Shown: piece by piece, positions 7,686 through 15,798 of the stretch | How positions within the stretch are numbered: position 1 is the stretch's first letter | Layout of the letters: every line of letters starts with the position of its first letter | Source: Chloroflexota bacterium | GTDB lineage: Bacteria; Chloroflexota; Dehalococcoidia; JACQUO01 | DNA: 64,000 bases | Reading direction: 5' to 3' | Assembly: GCA_016210205.1 (NCBI GenBank) | Contig: JACQUO010000029.1 | Coordinates: forward strand, 11,197-75,196 | The notes under the pieces: generated by a model | What the model saw: the letters and a program-made list of their open reading frames with translations, nothing else | What the model was told of the DNA's origin: nothing | Database searches by the model: none | Made by a program: the position numbers and the translations under genes

Positions 7686-7877
7686 ATTATACCTCACCCC
7701 CTGTGTCCCCCTCTCCTGCAGGAGAGGGGGAGAAGAAGGAGAGTCGGGGGACACCCCCGGACCCCCGCCAGAGGGGAGGTTCCCCTCTGGACTCCCCTTC
7801 GTGGCTGCGAGGGGGATATTACCGTAGCCTGGGGGACACCCCCGAACCCCTGGCAGGGGGCTTGTCCCCTGCACCCC
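7686..7877 (+). repeat. GC-rich composite palindromic repeat element (copy R2, two tandem modules)
   Basis: Contains a perfect hairpin, ccccctctcc-tgca-ggagaggggg (7707-7730), followed by gggggacaccccc, ccagagggg-aggtt-cccctctgg, and a second gggggacaccccc...gcagggg-cttgt-cccctgc module. It is in the same orientation as R1. Confidence 0.6.
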
Positions 7878-8888
7878 TTATTCCTTGAGCCAGCGGGCGG
7901 CCTCTTTGGCGTGGTAGGTGATAATCATATCCGCTCCAGCCCTTTTTATGGCGGTGAGGGCCTCGAGGGTGGCCAGGCGCTCGTCCAGCCAGCCTTTGGC
8001 TGCGGCGGCCTTGAGCATGGCATATTCGCCGCTGACATTGTAGGCGGCCAGGGGGTGGTCGCAGGCGGCCCGCACCCGGGCGATGATGTCCAAATAGGGC
8101 AAGGCGGGCTTGACCATGACCATGTCCGCCCCCTCGGCGAGGTCCTGGGCCACCTCCCGCAGGGCCTCGCGGGCGTTGGCGGGGTCCATCTGGTAGCCGC
8201 GCCGGTCCCCGAACTGGGGGGCGGAGCCGGCGGCCTCGCGGAAGGGGCCGAAGAAGGCGGAGGCATACTTGGCGGCGTAGGACATGATGGGGGTTGCGGC
8301 GAAGCCGCGCTCGTCCAGGGCGGCGCGGAGGGCCGCCACCCGGCCGTCCATCATGTCCGAGGGGGCCACGATGTCGGCCCCGGCCTCGGCGTGGCTGAGG
8401 GCGGTCTGGGCCAGGAGCGGCAGGGTCTGGTCGTTGTCCACCTCGCCGTCCACCACGACGCCGCAGTGCCCGTGGGAGGTGTACTCGCAGAGGCAGATAT
8501 CGGTGATGACCAGGAGGTCGGGGACGGCCTTCTTGATGGCCCGCACCGCCCGCTGGACGATGCCCTGGGCGGCGTAGGCCCCGGAGCCGACCTCGTCCTT
8601 GGACTCGGGGAGGCCGAAGAGGAGCACGGCGGGGATGCCCAGAGCGGCCACCTCCGCGGCTTCTTGGGCCAGGGCGTCGGGGGAGAGGTGGTAGCAGCCG
8701 GGCAGGGAGGGTATCTCCCGCCGGAGGCGGCGGCCGGGGACGGCGAAGAGGGGGTAGATGAAGTGGGCGGCGGAAACGTCTGTCTCGCGCACCAGGCGGC
8801 GCAGGGCGGGGGTGCGGCGCAGTCGCCGCAGGCGGGCGGCGGGGAAGGGGGACTGGGCCTCGGCCTTGCTCTCTCTTAGGGTATCCAC
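7878..8888 (-). CDS. hemB: Porphobilinogen synthase (delta-aminolevulinate dehydratase)
   Basis: 336 aa, collinear with the ALAD family (..FIYPLF.., ..[14 protein letters not shown].., ..[11 protein letters not shown].., ..[10 protein letters not shown]..). Confidence 0.95.
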   Translation of the reverse strand: MDTLRESKAEAQSPFPAARLRRLRRTPALRRLVRETDVSAAHFIYPLFAVPGRRLRREIPSLPGCYHLSPDALAQEAAEVAALGIPAVLLFGLPESKDEVGSGAYAAQGIVQRAVRAIKKAVPDLLVITDICLCEYTSHGHCGVVVDGEVDNDQTLPLLAQTALSHAEAGADIVAPSDMMDGRVAALRAALDERGFAATPIMSYAAKYASAFFGPFREAAGSAPQFGDRRGYQMDPANAREALREVAQDLAEGADMVMVKPALPYLDIIARVRAACDHPLAAYNVSGEYAMLKAAAAKGWLDERLATLEALTAIKRAGADMIITYHAKEAARWLKE

Positions 8889-8892
8889 TATA

Positions 8893-10446
8893 TCATTCCC
8901 TCCCCGCTTTTTTCTCCCGATAGTATTCCCCCAGCGCCGCCACCAGCCCCGGTATGGTGTGCTCGGCGGCCACCACCTCCGCCCGCAGGCCGGCCTCCCG
9001 GGCCGCCTGGGCCGTCACCGGCCCGATGCAGGCGATGACGGGCCGCTCCAGCAGGGCCAGGTCGCCGTCCAGCAGGGACAGCAGGCCCGCCACGGTGGAG
9101 GCGCTGGTGAAGGTGATGGCATCGAGGTCGCCCCGCCCCAACAGCTCCCGGACCATCTCCTGGGAGCCAGGGGCGGGGACGGTGCGGTAGGCGACCACCT
9201 CGGTCACCTCCACACCCAGGCCCCGCAGGCCCTGGGCCAGTTCCGGGGGCACGGCCTCAGCCCGGGGCAGGAGCGCCCGCTGGCCCGCCAGACCCTGGCC
9301 CCGGAAGGACGCCAGCAGCCCCTGGGCCTGGAAGTCGGCGGGCACCAGGTCGGCCCGGAGACCCCGCTGGGCCAGGGCCTCGGCGGTGGCGGGGCCGATG
9401 GCGGCGAGCTTGGCCCCGGCCAGGACGCGGGCGTCGCCCCCGCGCTGGCCCAAGCGGCGGCAGAAGGCGGCCACCCCGTTGACGCTGGTGAAGATGACCC
9501 ACTGGAAGTCTCGGATGTCCGCGAGGGCCTGGTCCAAGGCCGCGGTGTCGGCAGGGCCTTGAATCTCAATGGCGGGCAGCTCCACCGGCTCGGCCCCCTC
9601 GGCGGCCAGCAGGGCGGAGAGCCGCCCCGCCTGGGCCCGGGCGCGGGTGACCAGGATACGCCGTCCGAAGAGGGGCCGGCTATCGAACCAGCGCAGCCTG
9701 TCCCGTAGGGTCACCACCTCCCCCACCACGATGACCGCGGGCGGGGCGGGCTGTTTGGCCTGTAGCTTCACCAGGATGTCGCCCAGGGTGCCGGTGACGG
9801 TCTCCTGGCGGGGGGTGGTGCCCTGGCCGATGACGGCGATGGGCGTCTGAGGCGGCCGTCCCCGGCGGAGGAGCTCGCCCACGATGCTGGATAAGTTTTC
9901 CACTCCCATTAAGAAAACCAGGGTGCCGGGGGCGGCCGCCAGAGCCCCCCAGTCGATTTGGGATGACGGCTTGGTGGGGTCTTCGTGGCCGGTGATGGCC
10001 GAGAAAGACGCGGCCAGCCCCCGATGGGTCACGGGGATGCCGGCGTAGGCGGGCACCGCCACCGCCGAGGTGACGCCGGGGATAATCTCGAAGGGGATGC
10101 CAGCGGCCACCAGGGCTTCCGCCTCCTCGCCGCCGCGCCCGAAGACGAAGGGGTCGCCTCCCTTGAGGCGGGTCACCAGCTTGCCCTCGCGGGCCTTGGC
10201 CACCAGCAGGGCGTTTATCTCCTCCTGGGACAGGGTGTGGTGGGAGGAGGCTTTGCCCACATAGATGAGCTCTGCCCCCGGCCTGGCCCGGGCCAGGAGC
10301 GGCTCGGGGATGAGGCGGTCGTAGATGATGACATCGGCCCGGCGCAGCCCCTCCAGCCCCTTGACCGTGATGAGGCCCGGGTCGCCGGGCCCGGCCCCGA
10401 TGAGCAGGACCTTGCCCTGGCCCGAATCCGCTTCGGGGCTGCTCAT
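8893..10446 (-). CDS. cobA-hemD: Bifunctional uroporphyrinogen-III C-methyltransferase / uroporphyrinogen-III synthase
   Basis: 517 aa. The N-terminal half is SUMT-like ([18 protein letters not shown]..., [13 protein letters not shown]). The C-terminal half is HemD-like ([19 protein letters not shown]...). Confidence 0.9.
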   Translation of the reverse strand: MSSPEADSGQGKVLLIGAGPGDPGLITVKGLEGLRRADVIIYDRLIPEPLLARARPGAELIYVGKASSHHTLSQEEINALLVAKAREGKLVTRLKGGDPFVFGRGGEEAEALVAAGIPFEIIPGVTSAVAVPAYAGIPVTHRGLAASFSAITGHEDPTKPSSQIDWGALAAAPGTLVFLMGVENLSSIVGELLRRGRPPQTPIAVIGQGTTPRQETVTGTLGDILVKLQAKQPAPPAVIVVGEVVTLRDRLRWFDSRPLFGRRILVTRARAQAGRLSALLAAEGAEPVELPAIEIQGPADTAALDQALADIRDFQWVIFTSVNGVAAFCRRLGQRGGDARVLAGAKLAAIGPATAEALAQRGLRADLVPADFQAQGLLASFRGQGLAGQRALLPRAEAVPPELAQGLRGLGVEVTEVVAYRTVPAPGSQEMVRELLGRGDLDAITFTSASTVAGLLSLLDGDLALLERPVIACIGPVTAQAAREAGLRAEVVAAEHTIPGLVAALGEYYREKKAGRE

Positions 10447-11348
10447 GCCTGGTGGCCCTCCAGGATTTGCTGGCCCCCCATCTGGAGGATGCGGCGGGCC
10501 AGCTCTTGGCCCAGGGCCTCGGCCTCCTGACGCTGGCCGTTAGCCGCCAGGCGCAGCAGATGCCGTCCGTCGGGGCTGGCCACCAGGCCCTCCAGGTGGA
10601 GCGTGTTGCCCTCGATGCGCGCCAGGGCGGCGATGGGCACCTGGCAGCCTCCACCCAGGCCCTGGAGGAAGGCCCGCTCGGCGGTGACGGCAGCGCGGGA
10701 TGGCCCGTGGTCGATGGCCGCAACCACCTCTGCGGTCTCTTTGTCTTCCTCGCGAATCTCCACGGCCATGGCCCCCTGGCCGACGGCAGGGAGGCAGATT
10801 TGCGGGTCGAGGTATTGGGTGATTTCAGCCTGCCGTCCCAGGCGCTCCAGGCCCGCCGCGGCCAGGACGATGGCGTCGAACTCGCCTCGGGCGGCTCGCC
10901 GCAGGCGGGTGTCCACATTGCCGCGCAGGTCTCGGGTGACCAGGTCGGGGCGGTAGGCCCGGAGCTGGGCCACCCGGCGCGGGCTGCCCGTGCCCACGCT
11001 GGCCCCCTGGGGGAGCTTATCCAGAGTCAAGCTCGCGGGGCAGATGAGGGCGTCCCGGGTCTCGCCCCGCTCCACGATGGCCCCCAGGGTCAGCCCAGGG
11101 GGGAGCTGGCCTGGCATATCCTTGAGGCTGTGCACCGCCAGGTCGATTTCCCCCTCCAACAGGGCGGACTCCAGCTCCTTGACGAAGACGCCCCGCCCGC
11201 CGATGCGGCTCAAGGAGACGGCCTTGGCCTTGTCGCCGGCGGTCTTGACCAGCTTGAGGGTAAACTCTCGGCCGGGATGGGCCTGCCGCAGCAGAGCCTG
11301 AACCTGATGGGTCTGTTGGAGGGCCAACGGGCTGTCCCGGGTGCCCAT
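10443..11348 (-). CDS. hemC: Hydroxymethylbilane synthase (porphobilinogen deaminase)
   Basis: 301 aa. GTRDSPLALQQT..., SLKDMP and GTGSPRR are typical of HemC. There is a 4-bp overlap with the downstream gene. Confidence 0.95.
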   Translation of the reverse strand: MGTRDSPLALQQTHQVQALLRQAHPGREFTLKLVKTAGDKAKAVSLSRIGGRGVFVKELESALLEGEIDLAVHSLKDMPGQLPPGLTLGAIVERGETRDALICPASLTLDKLPQGASVGTGSPRRVAQLRAYRPDLVTRDLRGNVDTRLRRAARGEFDAIVLAAAGLERLGRQAEITQYLDPQICLPAVGQGAMAVEIREEDKETAEVVAAIDHGPSRAAVTAERAFLQGLGGGCQVPIAALARIEGNTLHLEGLVASPDGRHLLRLAANGQRQEAEALGQELARRILQMGGQQILEGHQA

Positions 11349-11366
11349 GACGATGCTTTTGATGGC

Positions 11367-12011
11367 TCACCGGCCCTTGGCCGGCGACTCCTGCAGGAGC
11401 CGGGCCCAGAGATATTCCGCCGCCTCTTTCTCCGCCCCGCGCAAGGCCAGGGCCTCCAGCTCCGGGGTGAGGGCCTCCTGCCAGCGCTCGGGGGGGATGT
11501 GCACCCGGTTCTGGCGCAGTTCATCCCGCACCGCGGAGATGAGAGCCAGGAGGTGCTCATAGCCCGCGGGGAAGCGCGCCTCCAGCTCCACGCGCAGCCT
11601 CTTGGCCAGGGCGGGGCTTCTTCCCCCCGTGGAGATGGCCACCAGGAGGTCGCCCCGCCTCACCACGGAGGGGACGATGAAGCTGCAAAGCCGGGGGTTG
11701 TCGGCCACATTGGCCAGGATGCCCTGCTCCTGGGCCTCCTGGGACACCGCCTCGTTGACGGTAGGCTCATCGGTGGCGGCCATGACCAGGAAGGCGCCCT
11801 GGAGGTCCCCGGGGCGGTACTCGCGCTGGTGGGCTACGATGCCGCCGTCCCTGGCCAGACGCTGCAGACCCGGGCAGAGCTTGGGGGCGATGACGGTCAC
11901 CAGGGCGCCCGCCTCCAGGAGGGAGCGAGCCTTGCGCTCGGCCACCACCCCACCGCCGACGACTATGCCCCGGCGGCCCTGCAAATCCAGAAAGGCCGGG
12001 TAGTAGGGCAT
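11367..12011 (-). CDS. sirC: Precorrin-2 dehydrogenase / sirohydrochlorin ferrochelatase (siroheme synthase N-terminal type)
   Basis: 214 aa. YPAFLDLQGRRGIVVGGGVVAERK (Rossmann fold) and ISTGGRSPALAKRLR are typical of CysG-N/SirC/Met8. Confidence 0.85.
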   Translation of the reverse strand: MPYYPAFLDLQGRRGIVVGGGVVAERKARSLLEAGALVTVIAPKLCPGLQRLARDGGIVAHQREYRPGDLQGAFLVMAATDEPTVNEAVSQEAQEQGILANVADNPRLCSFIVPSVVRRGDLLVAISTGGRSPALAKRLRVELEARFPAGYEHLLALISAVRDELRQNRVHIPPERWQEALTPELEALALRGAEKEAAEYLWARLLQESPAKGR

Positions 12012-12020
12012 CCTGGCTCC

Positions 12021-12998
12021 TCAAGTGAAATATGATACCCGCTGCTTCTTGTATTCTTTAGTGCTGAAGAGCAGGAGGTAGTCCTTCAGGCCTATCTTCT
12101 CGGCCATGGTGGCGGCCAAGGCGTGGCACTCCTTCCGAGTGCGGGCGTGAATCATAGTATAAACCCCGTAGGGCCAGTCCGGGTAGGTGGGACGCTGGTA
12201 GGCATGGGTGACCTGGGGGAAGGCCGCCAGGGCCTGGCCCAGCTCCTCCACGCGCGCGGGGTCGGCGCGCCAGCAGACCATGGCGTTGGCGGCGAAGCCA
12301 GCCTCGCGGTGGTAGAGGACCGCCCCGAAACGGCGCATGAGACCCCGCTCCCTGAGGCCCCGGGCCTGGGCCAGCAGGGCTTTCTCGGACAGGCCCAACT
12401 GTTGGGCCAGGGGCAGGAAGGGGCGGCTGGCCACGGGCAAGGACTGCTGGAGGGCTTGAACTAAAGCTATATCCCCCTCGTTTAAGGCGCTGGGGGCGCT
12501 GGGAACAGGGGAAGAAGGAGCCGCCTTGGGGGTCTGGCTGTCCCCGGTCATATCGAAGAAGACCCCCAGCTTGAACTGGCGCAGGGCGGGAAGATACAGG
12601 GCGGATTCTGCCTCCACCTCCCGGGCCAGGCGGTGGGCCGTGGCCTCGGGGTCCTCCCCCGGGGGCACGGTTAGGGTGAACCAGAGGTTGTAGGTGTGAT
12701 TGCGCCGGTAGTTGTGGCTGACGCCGGGGTGCTGGCTGATGCGCCCCGCGGCGGCGTCAATGCGCTTCGGGGGCAGGCGCAGGGCCACCAGGGTGGCGCG
12801 ATAGCCCAGGCGGCGGCTGTCGAAGATGGCGTTTATCTGGCGCAGAACCTGGCCCTCCTGCAAGGCCCGCACCCGGGCCATGACCTCCTCCTCGGGTACG
12901 CCCAGGCGCGCCCCTAGCTCGGCGTAGGGCTGCGACACCAGGGGGAAGTCCCCCTGGAGGAGGTTGAGGAGCTGGCGGTCGGTGTCGTCAAGATTCAT
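12021..12998 (-). CDS. Fused AsnC/Lrp-like siroheme decarboxylase (AhbA/AhbB or NirDL-like)
   Basis: 325 aa with two tandem Lrp/AsnC-like halves (DRQLLNLLQGDFPL..., DIALVQALQQSLPV...). This matches the siroheme decarboxylases of the alternative heme pathway, and the gene sits next to sirC and hemC. Confidence 0.75.
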   Translation of the reverse strand: MNLDDTDRQLLNLLQGDFPLVSQPYAELGARLGVPEEEVMARVRALQEGQVLRQINAIFDSRRLGYRATLVALRLPPKRIDAAAGRISQHPGVSHNYRRNHTYNLWFTLTVPPGEDPEATAHRLAREVEAESALYLPALRQFKLGVFFDMTGDSQTPKAAPSSPVPSAPSALNEGDIALVQALQQSLPVASRPFLPLAQQLGLSEKALLAQARGLRERGLMRRFGAVLYHREAGFAANAMVCWRADPARVEELGQALAAFPQVTHAYQRPTYPDWPYGVYTMIHARTRKECHALAATMAEKIGLKDYLLLFSTKEYKKQRVSYFT

Positions 12999-13012
12999 AT
13001 GCCTTCAAAGGG

Positions 13013-13041
13013 ATTTTAAGGCATGGACTAGGAGGTGTCAA
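13013..13041 (-). promoter_or_regulatory. Putative sigma70-type promoter of the ahbAB-sirC-hemC operon
   Basis: The minus strand reads TTGACA - 17 nt - TAAAAT. The -10 ends only 14 nt before the ATG at 12998, which implies a very short leader. Confidence 0.6.
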
Positions 13042-13130
13042 AGGTAGCGGCTGGACCAGGGTGAATGCCGGCATGTTCGCAACATGTTTTTTCATGAGTG
13101 CAGGCCTCATCCCCCAGACCGCCGGCGGGG

Positions 13131-13796
13131 CTACCCCCTCAGTCGCCGCCAGGCCGCCGCCAGCCGCCCCCGCCAGCCCGCCTGGGCGGGCCGCCCTCCC
13201 CCCGAGGTAGCGACGGGCGGGGCCAGGCCCGGAGGGAAGCGCGCCTCCCCCTGGAAGGCCACCCCCTCGAAGTCCACCGGCCCCCGAAAAGCCGCCTGCG
13301 CGAAGTCGGCCCTCCCCCCGAAGGAGGCCTCGCCGAAGCGGGCCGGGCCGCGGAACTCCGCCCCCTGGAAATCGGCCTCACCCTGAAAAGCCGCTATCTG
13401 GAAGCCCGCCTCCCCGTGGAAGACGGCGCCGGAGAAATCGGCCTCTCCGCAAAAGGCGGCATCCCAGAAGGAGGCCTCGGCCTGGAAGACCGCCCCGGCG
13501 AAGCGGGCCTCCTGCGCGAAGACGGCCCCGAAGAAGTGGGCCTCCCCCAAAAAGCGGGCGCCACCCCAGTCCACGGCCTTGGGGAAGACGCGGCGATACC
13601 AGACCAACGGCCCGGGGGCGACCATGCCCCTCAGATCCACCGCCGCCACCGCCGGGTCGGCCTCTTGCCGCGCCATCTCTCGCTCCAGCGTCTCCTGAAA
13701 GCTGGCGGCGTCCTTGGCCGGGCTGGGGTCGTGGAGGAGGCAGAGGCCGGAGTCGCCGGCCTCCCGGCCGCAGCCGTCCCGCGGGCACTTCATCAT
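13131..13796 (-). CDS. Pentapeptide-repeat protein with an N-terminal Cys/His motif (short paralog, no membrane domain)
   Basis: 221 aa. N-terminus: CPRDGCGREAGDSGLCLLHD. It is followed by about 20 pentapeptide units (ARFLGEAHFFGAVFAQEARFAGAVFQAEASF...). It is GC-rich. The N-terminal 90 aa align with those of the 481-aa paralog. Confidence 0.8.
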   Translation of the reverse strand: MMKCPRDGCGREAGDSGLCLLHDPSPAKDAASFQETLEREMARQEADPAVAAVDLRGMVAPGPLVWYRRVFPKAVDWGGARFLGEAHFFGAVFAQEARFAGAVFQAEASFWDAAFCGEADFSGAVFHGEAGFQIAAFQGEADFQGAEFRGPARFGEASFGGRADFAQAAFRGPVDFEGVAFQGEARFPPGLAPPVATSGGGRPAQAGWRGRLAAAWRRLRG

Positions 13797-13810
13797 GGGG
13801 AACCCCGCAT

Positions 13811-14330
13811 CCTTCGTTATACCTCATCCCCCTGGCCCCCTTCTCCTGCAGGAGAAGGGGGAAAGCGTATTGGCTTGGGGGGACACCCCCCAAGCCCCCT
13901 GGCAGGGCACAGCCCTGCACCCACGATGGGCCGGTGGTCTGTCACCCTGAGCGCAGCGAAGGGTCTCGCCCCCTGGCCCCCAGCGAGCGAATGGGGAGGC
14001 TCATCTCATACCCCAAGCTCAAGCCTGGGGGTATCAACCTTACGCTTGCCCTGCACCCCCTCACACCGCACCCGTGGCCCACCCCCTCCCGGCGCGCCCG
14101 GGGCGGGCGGGACAACCGCCGCCGCACACCCCGTCCCGCCGGGGCCGGAAGCGCCACAAGGGAACCCAGGGGAGTCTAGAGGGGCCTCGCCCCCCTGCCG
14201 GGGGTTCGGGGCCTGCCCTCCGCACCGACCGCCCGGGGGTGCAGGGGGCCAGGCCCCCTGCCGGGGTCTGGGGCATCCCCAGTAATCTTATTCCCCCCTT
14301 CCTGGCGAGGAAGGGGGGCCAGGGGGGATG
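13811..14330 (+). repeat. Cluster of GC-rich palindromic repeat modules (R3)
   Basis: Perfect hairpins cccccttctcc-tgca-ggagaaggggg (13836-13861) and ccccccttcc-tggcga-ggaagggggg (14293-14318). It also contains ggggggacacccccc, gcaggg-cacag-ccctgc, and the widespread-looking module gtcaccctgagcgcagcgaagggtc (about 13942). Confidence 0.55.
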
Positions 14331-14340
14331 GCCGCACCCC

Positions 14341-15786
14341 CTAGCGCTTGAACCGACGCCGCACGGCCACGCCGATGGCTGCCAGTAGGATGACGTTAGA
14401 GAATGAGTTGAAAATACGCAGCAACCCACCAACCCAATCAAGGGGACGGAAGTCCGCGGCAAATGCAGCCAGGGGATTAAGGGAATTCCTCAGCGCCAGC
14501 AAGAAATCATAAACAAAACCCTGCTCAGAAGGAGCCAACCAATAAAAGTCTCTCACATTGGGGACATTGAATCCCCTCGCTAAATACACCAGAGCAAATG
14601 CCGCCCCCAACAACAAATATATAGCTAAGGGACGGAAGAACGATTCCCCGTAGCTGGCCGCAACCCAGTAGATATTCAGCAACGCCTTATTAACCCATCG
14701 GAAGGGGCTGGGGCCCCAGAGGATAGGGCCGGGGTTCTTGCGGCGCATTTCCATCTCCCCCACATAGAAGCTCCCTGCCTCCACCTCCTGCTTCTCCCGC
14801 TCCAGGTTGATGCGCAACTGGCGGTAGAGAAGTTCCACCTCTTGGTAGGCCTCTTTGGTGCCCGCTGAGGATGAGGAATTGTGCCGCAAATCCAAACTTC
14901 GCTCATCATGGAGGACGATGCGCTGGAACTGAGGATGCCGCCACCCGGGGCGTGGGGGCGGCCCCCACGCCACCCCCACCAAGCGCACCCGGCTCATGTC
15001 CGTGCGGAGGAAGGAGGCGCGGGAGAGATTGACTTGCTCAAAGGATGCTGTTTCGGGTTGTTCCAGGGTTACATTTGTGAAGTCCAGGGCGAGGGATTCT
15101 AAAGACAAGTTAAAGCCAGTGCGTAGGAACCGCAAAGGCCCCTTAAAAGTGACATCAAAAAAAAGTGCCTCTTGGCAGAAGTCGGCCCTGTCGAAACGAA
15201 CTTCCTCCTTAAAGGTAATATCATCAAAGACAACCGCGTCTTTGAAAGCGGCGTCCAAAAAGCTGACCTCTCCCTTAAAGGTAGTATTCCAAATGTTGAA
15301 CATCTTTTTAAAGATTGCGTTTGCGAAGGTAGTCCACCCTTGGAAAGTAGAATTGTGAAAGTAGGCTTCACCCAGAAAATTGGCCTGCTCGAAGCGGAAC
15401 TCGCCCAGGCAATTGGCCTCGACGAATCGAGCCTCTCCCTGGAAGGTGGCCCCCCAGAAGCTGATGGCCTTGGGGAAGGTTCGTCCCATCCAGTCCATCG
15501 GCCCGGGGAAGACCACACCCGCCAGGTTCACCATCCTCACAGCGGCGTCCGCCTCCTCCCGCGCCATCTTTGCGTCCAGCGCCTGCTGGAAGCGGGCAAC
15601 ATCCTTGTCCGGGTTGGGGTCATGCAGGACGCAGAAGGAGCCTTCTTCATTCTGGCGCTTCAGCGAGAAGTGGTAGGGGATGCCCCGGGGTCGGGCGGGC
15701 GGGGACGCGGGCATGGTGGCGTGGGAGCCAGCTTCGGCGGGCAGGGTGCAGCCGGGGTAGGCACAATTTTCGGGTGGGTCGGCCAT
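14341..15786 (-). CDS. Pentapeptide-repeat protein with an N-terminal Cys/His motif and a C-terminal transmembrane domain
   Basis: 481 aa. It contains CAYPGC...FCVLHD, about 22 pentapeptide units, then ...FYVGEMEMRRKN..., and hydrophobic segments (YGESFFRPLAIYLLLGAAFALVYL, ..VILLAAIGVAVRRRFKR). The central part is AT-richer than the flanks. It starts 13 nt after the ABC gene stop. Confidence 0.85.
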   Translation of the reverse strand: MADPPENCAYPGCTLPAEAGSHATMPASPPARPRGIPYHFSLKRQNEEGSFCVLHDPNPDKDVARFQQALDAKMAREEADAAVRMVNLAGVVFPGPMDWMGRTFPKAISFWGATFQGEARFVEANCLGEFRFEQANFLGEAYFHNSTFQGWTTFANAIFKKMFNIWNTTFKGEVSFLDAAFKDAVVFDDITFKEEVRFDRADFCQEALFFDVTFKGPLRFLRTGFNLSLESLALDFTNVTLEQPETASFEQVNLSRASFLRTDMSRVRLVGVAWGPPPRPGWRHPQFQRIVLHDERSLDLRHNSSSSAGTKEAYQEVELLYRQLRINLEREKQEVEAGSFYVGEMEMRRKNPGPILWGPSPFRWVNKALLNIYWVAASYGESFFRPLAIYLLLGAAFALVYLARGFNVPNVRDFYWLAPSEQGFVYDFLLALRNSLNPLAAFAADFRPLDWVGGLLRIFNSFSNVILLAAIGVAVRRRFKR

Positions 15787-15798
15787 GTCTTCTTCCCC

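Noticed and set aside
7638-7874. An N-terminal extension of the RHH ORF, giving the 145-aa version that starts at 7874.
   Set aside because: The extension runs entirely through repeat element R2 and is Pro/Gly-rich. An internal ATG with a good AGGAGA RBS gives a standard 66-aa RHH protein.
10452-12035. A 527-aa plus-strand ORF antisense to hemC and sirC. Similar long antisense or out-of-frame ORFs occur elsewhere, for example 7911-8879, 8758-9708, 9680-10918, 15172-16776, 17236-18357, 31873-32886, 36067-37632, 42689-43663, 45930-47066, 47717-48625, 51355-52728 and 62882-63850.
   Set aside because: All of them overlap genes with clear family signatures on the other strand or frame. Their products are low-complexity (G/A/R/P/H-rich) with no recognisable motifs. 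They are an expected artefact of GC-rich sequence.
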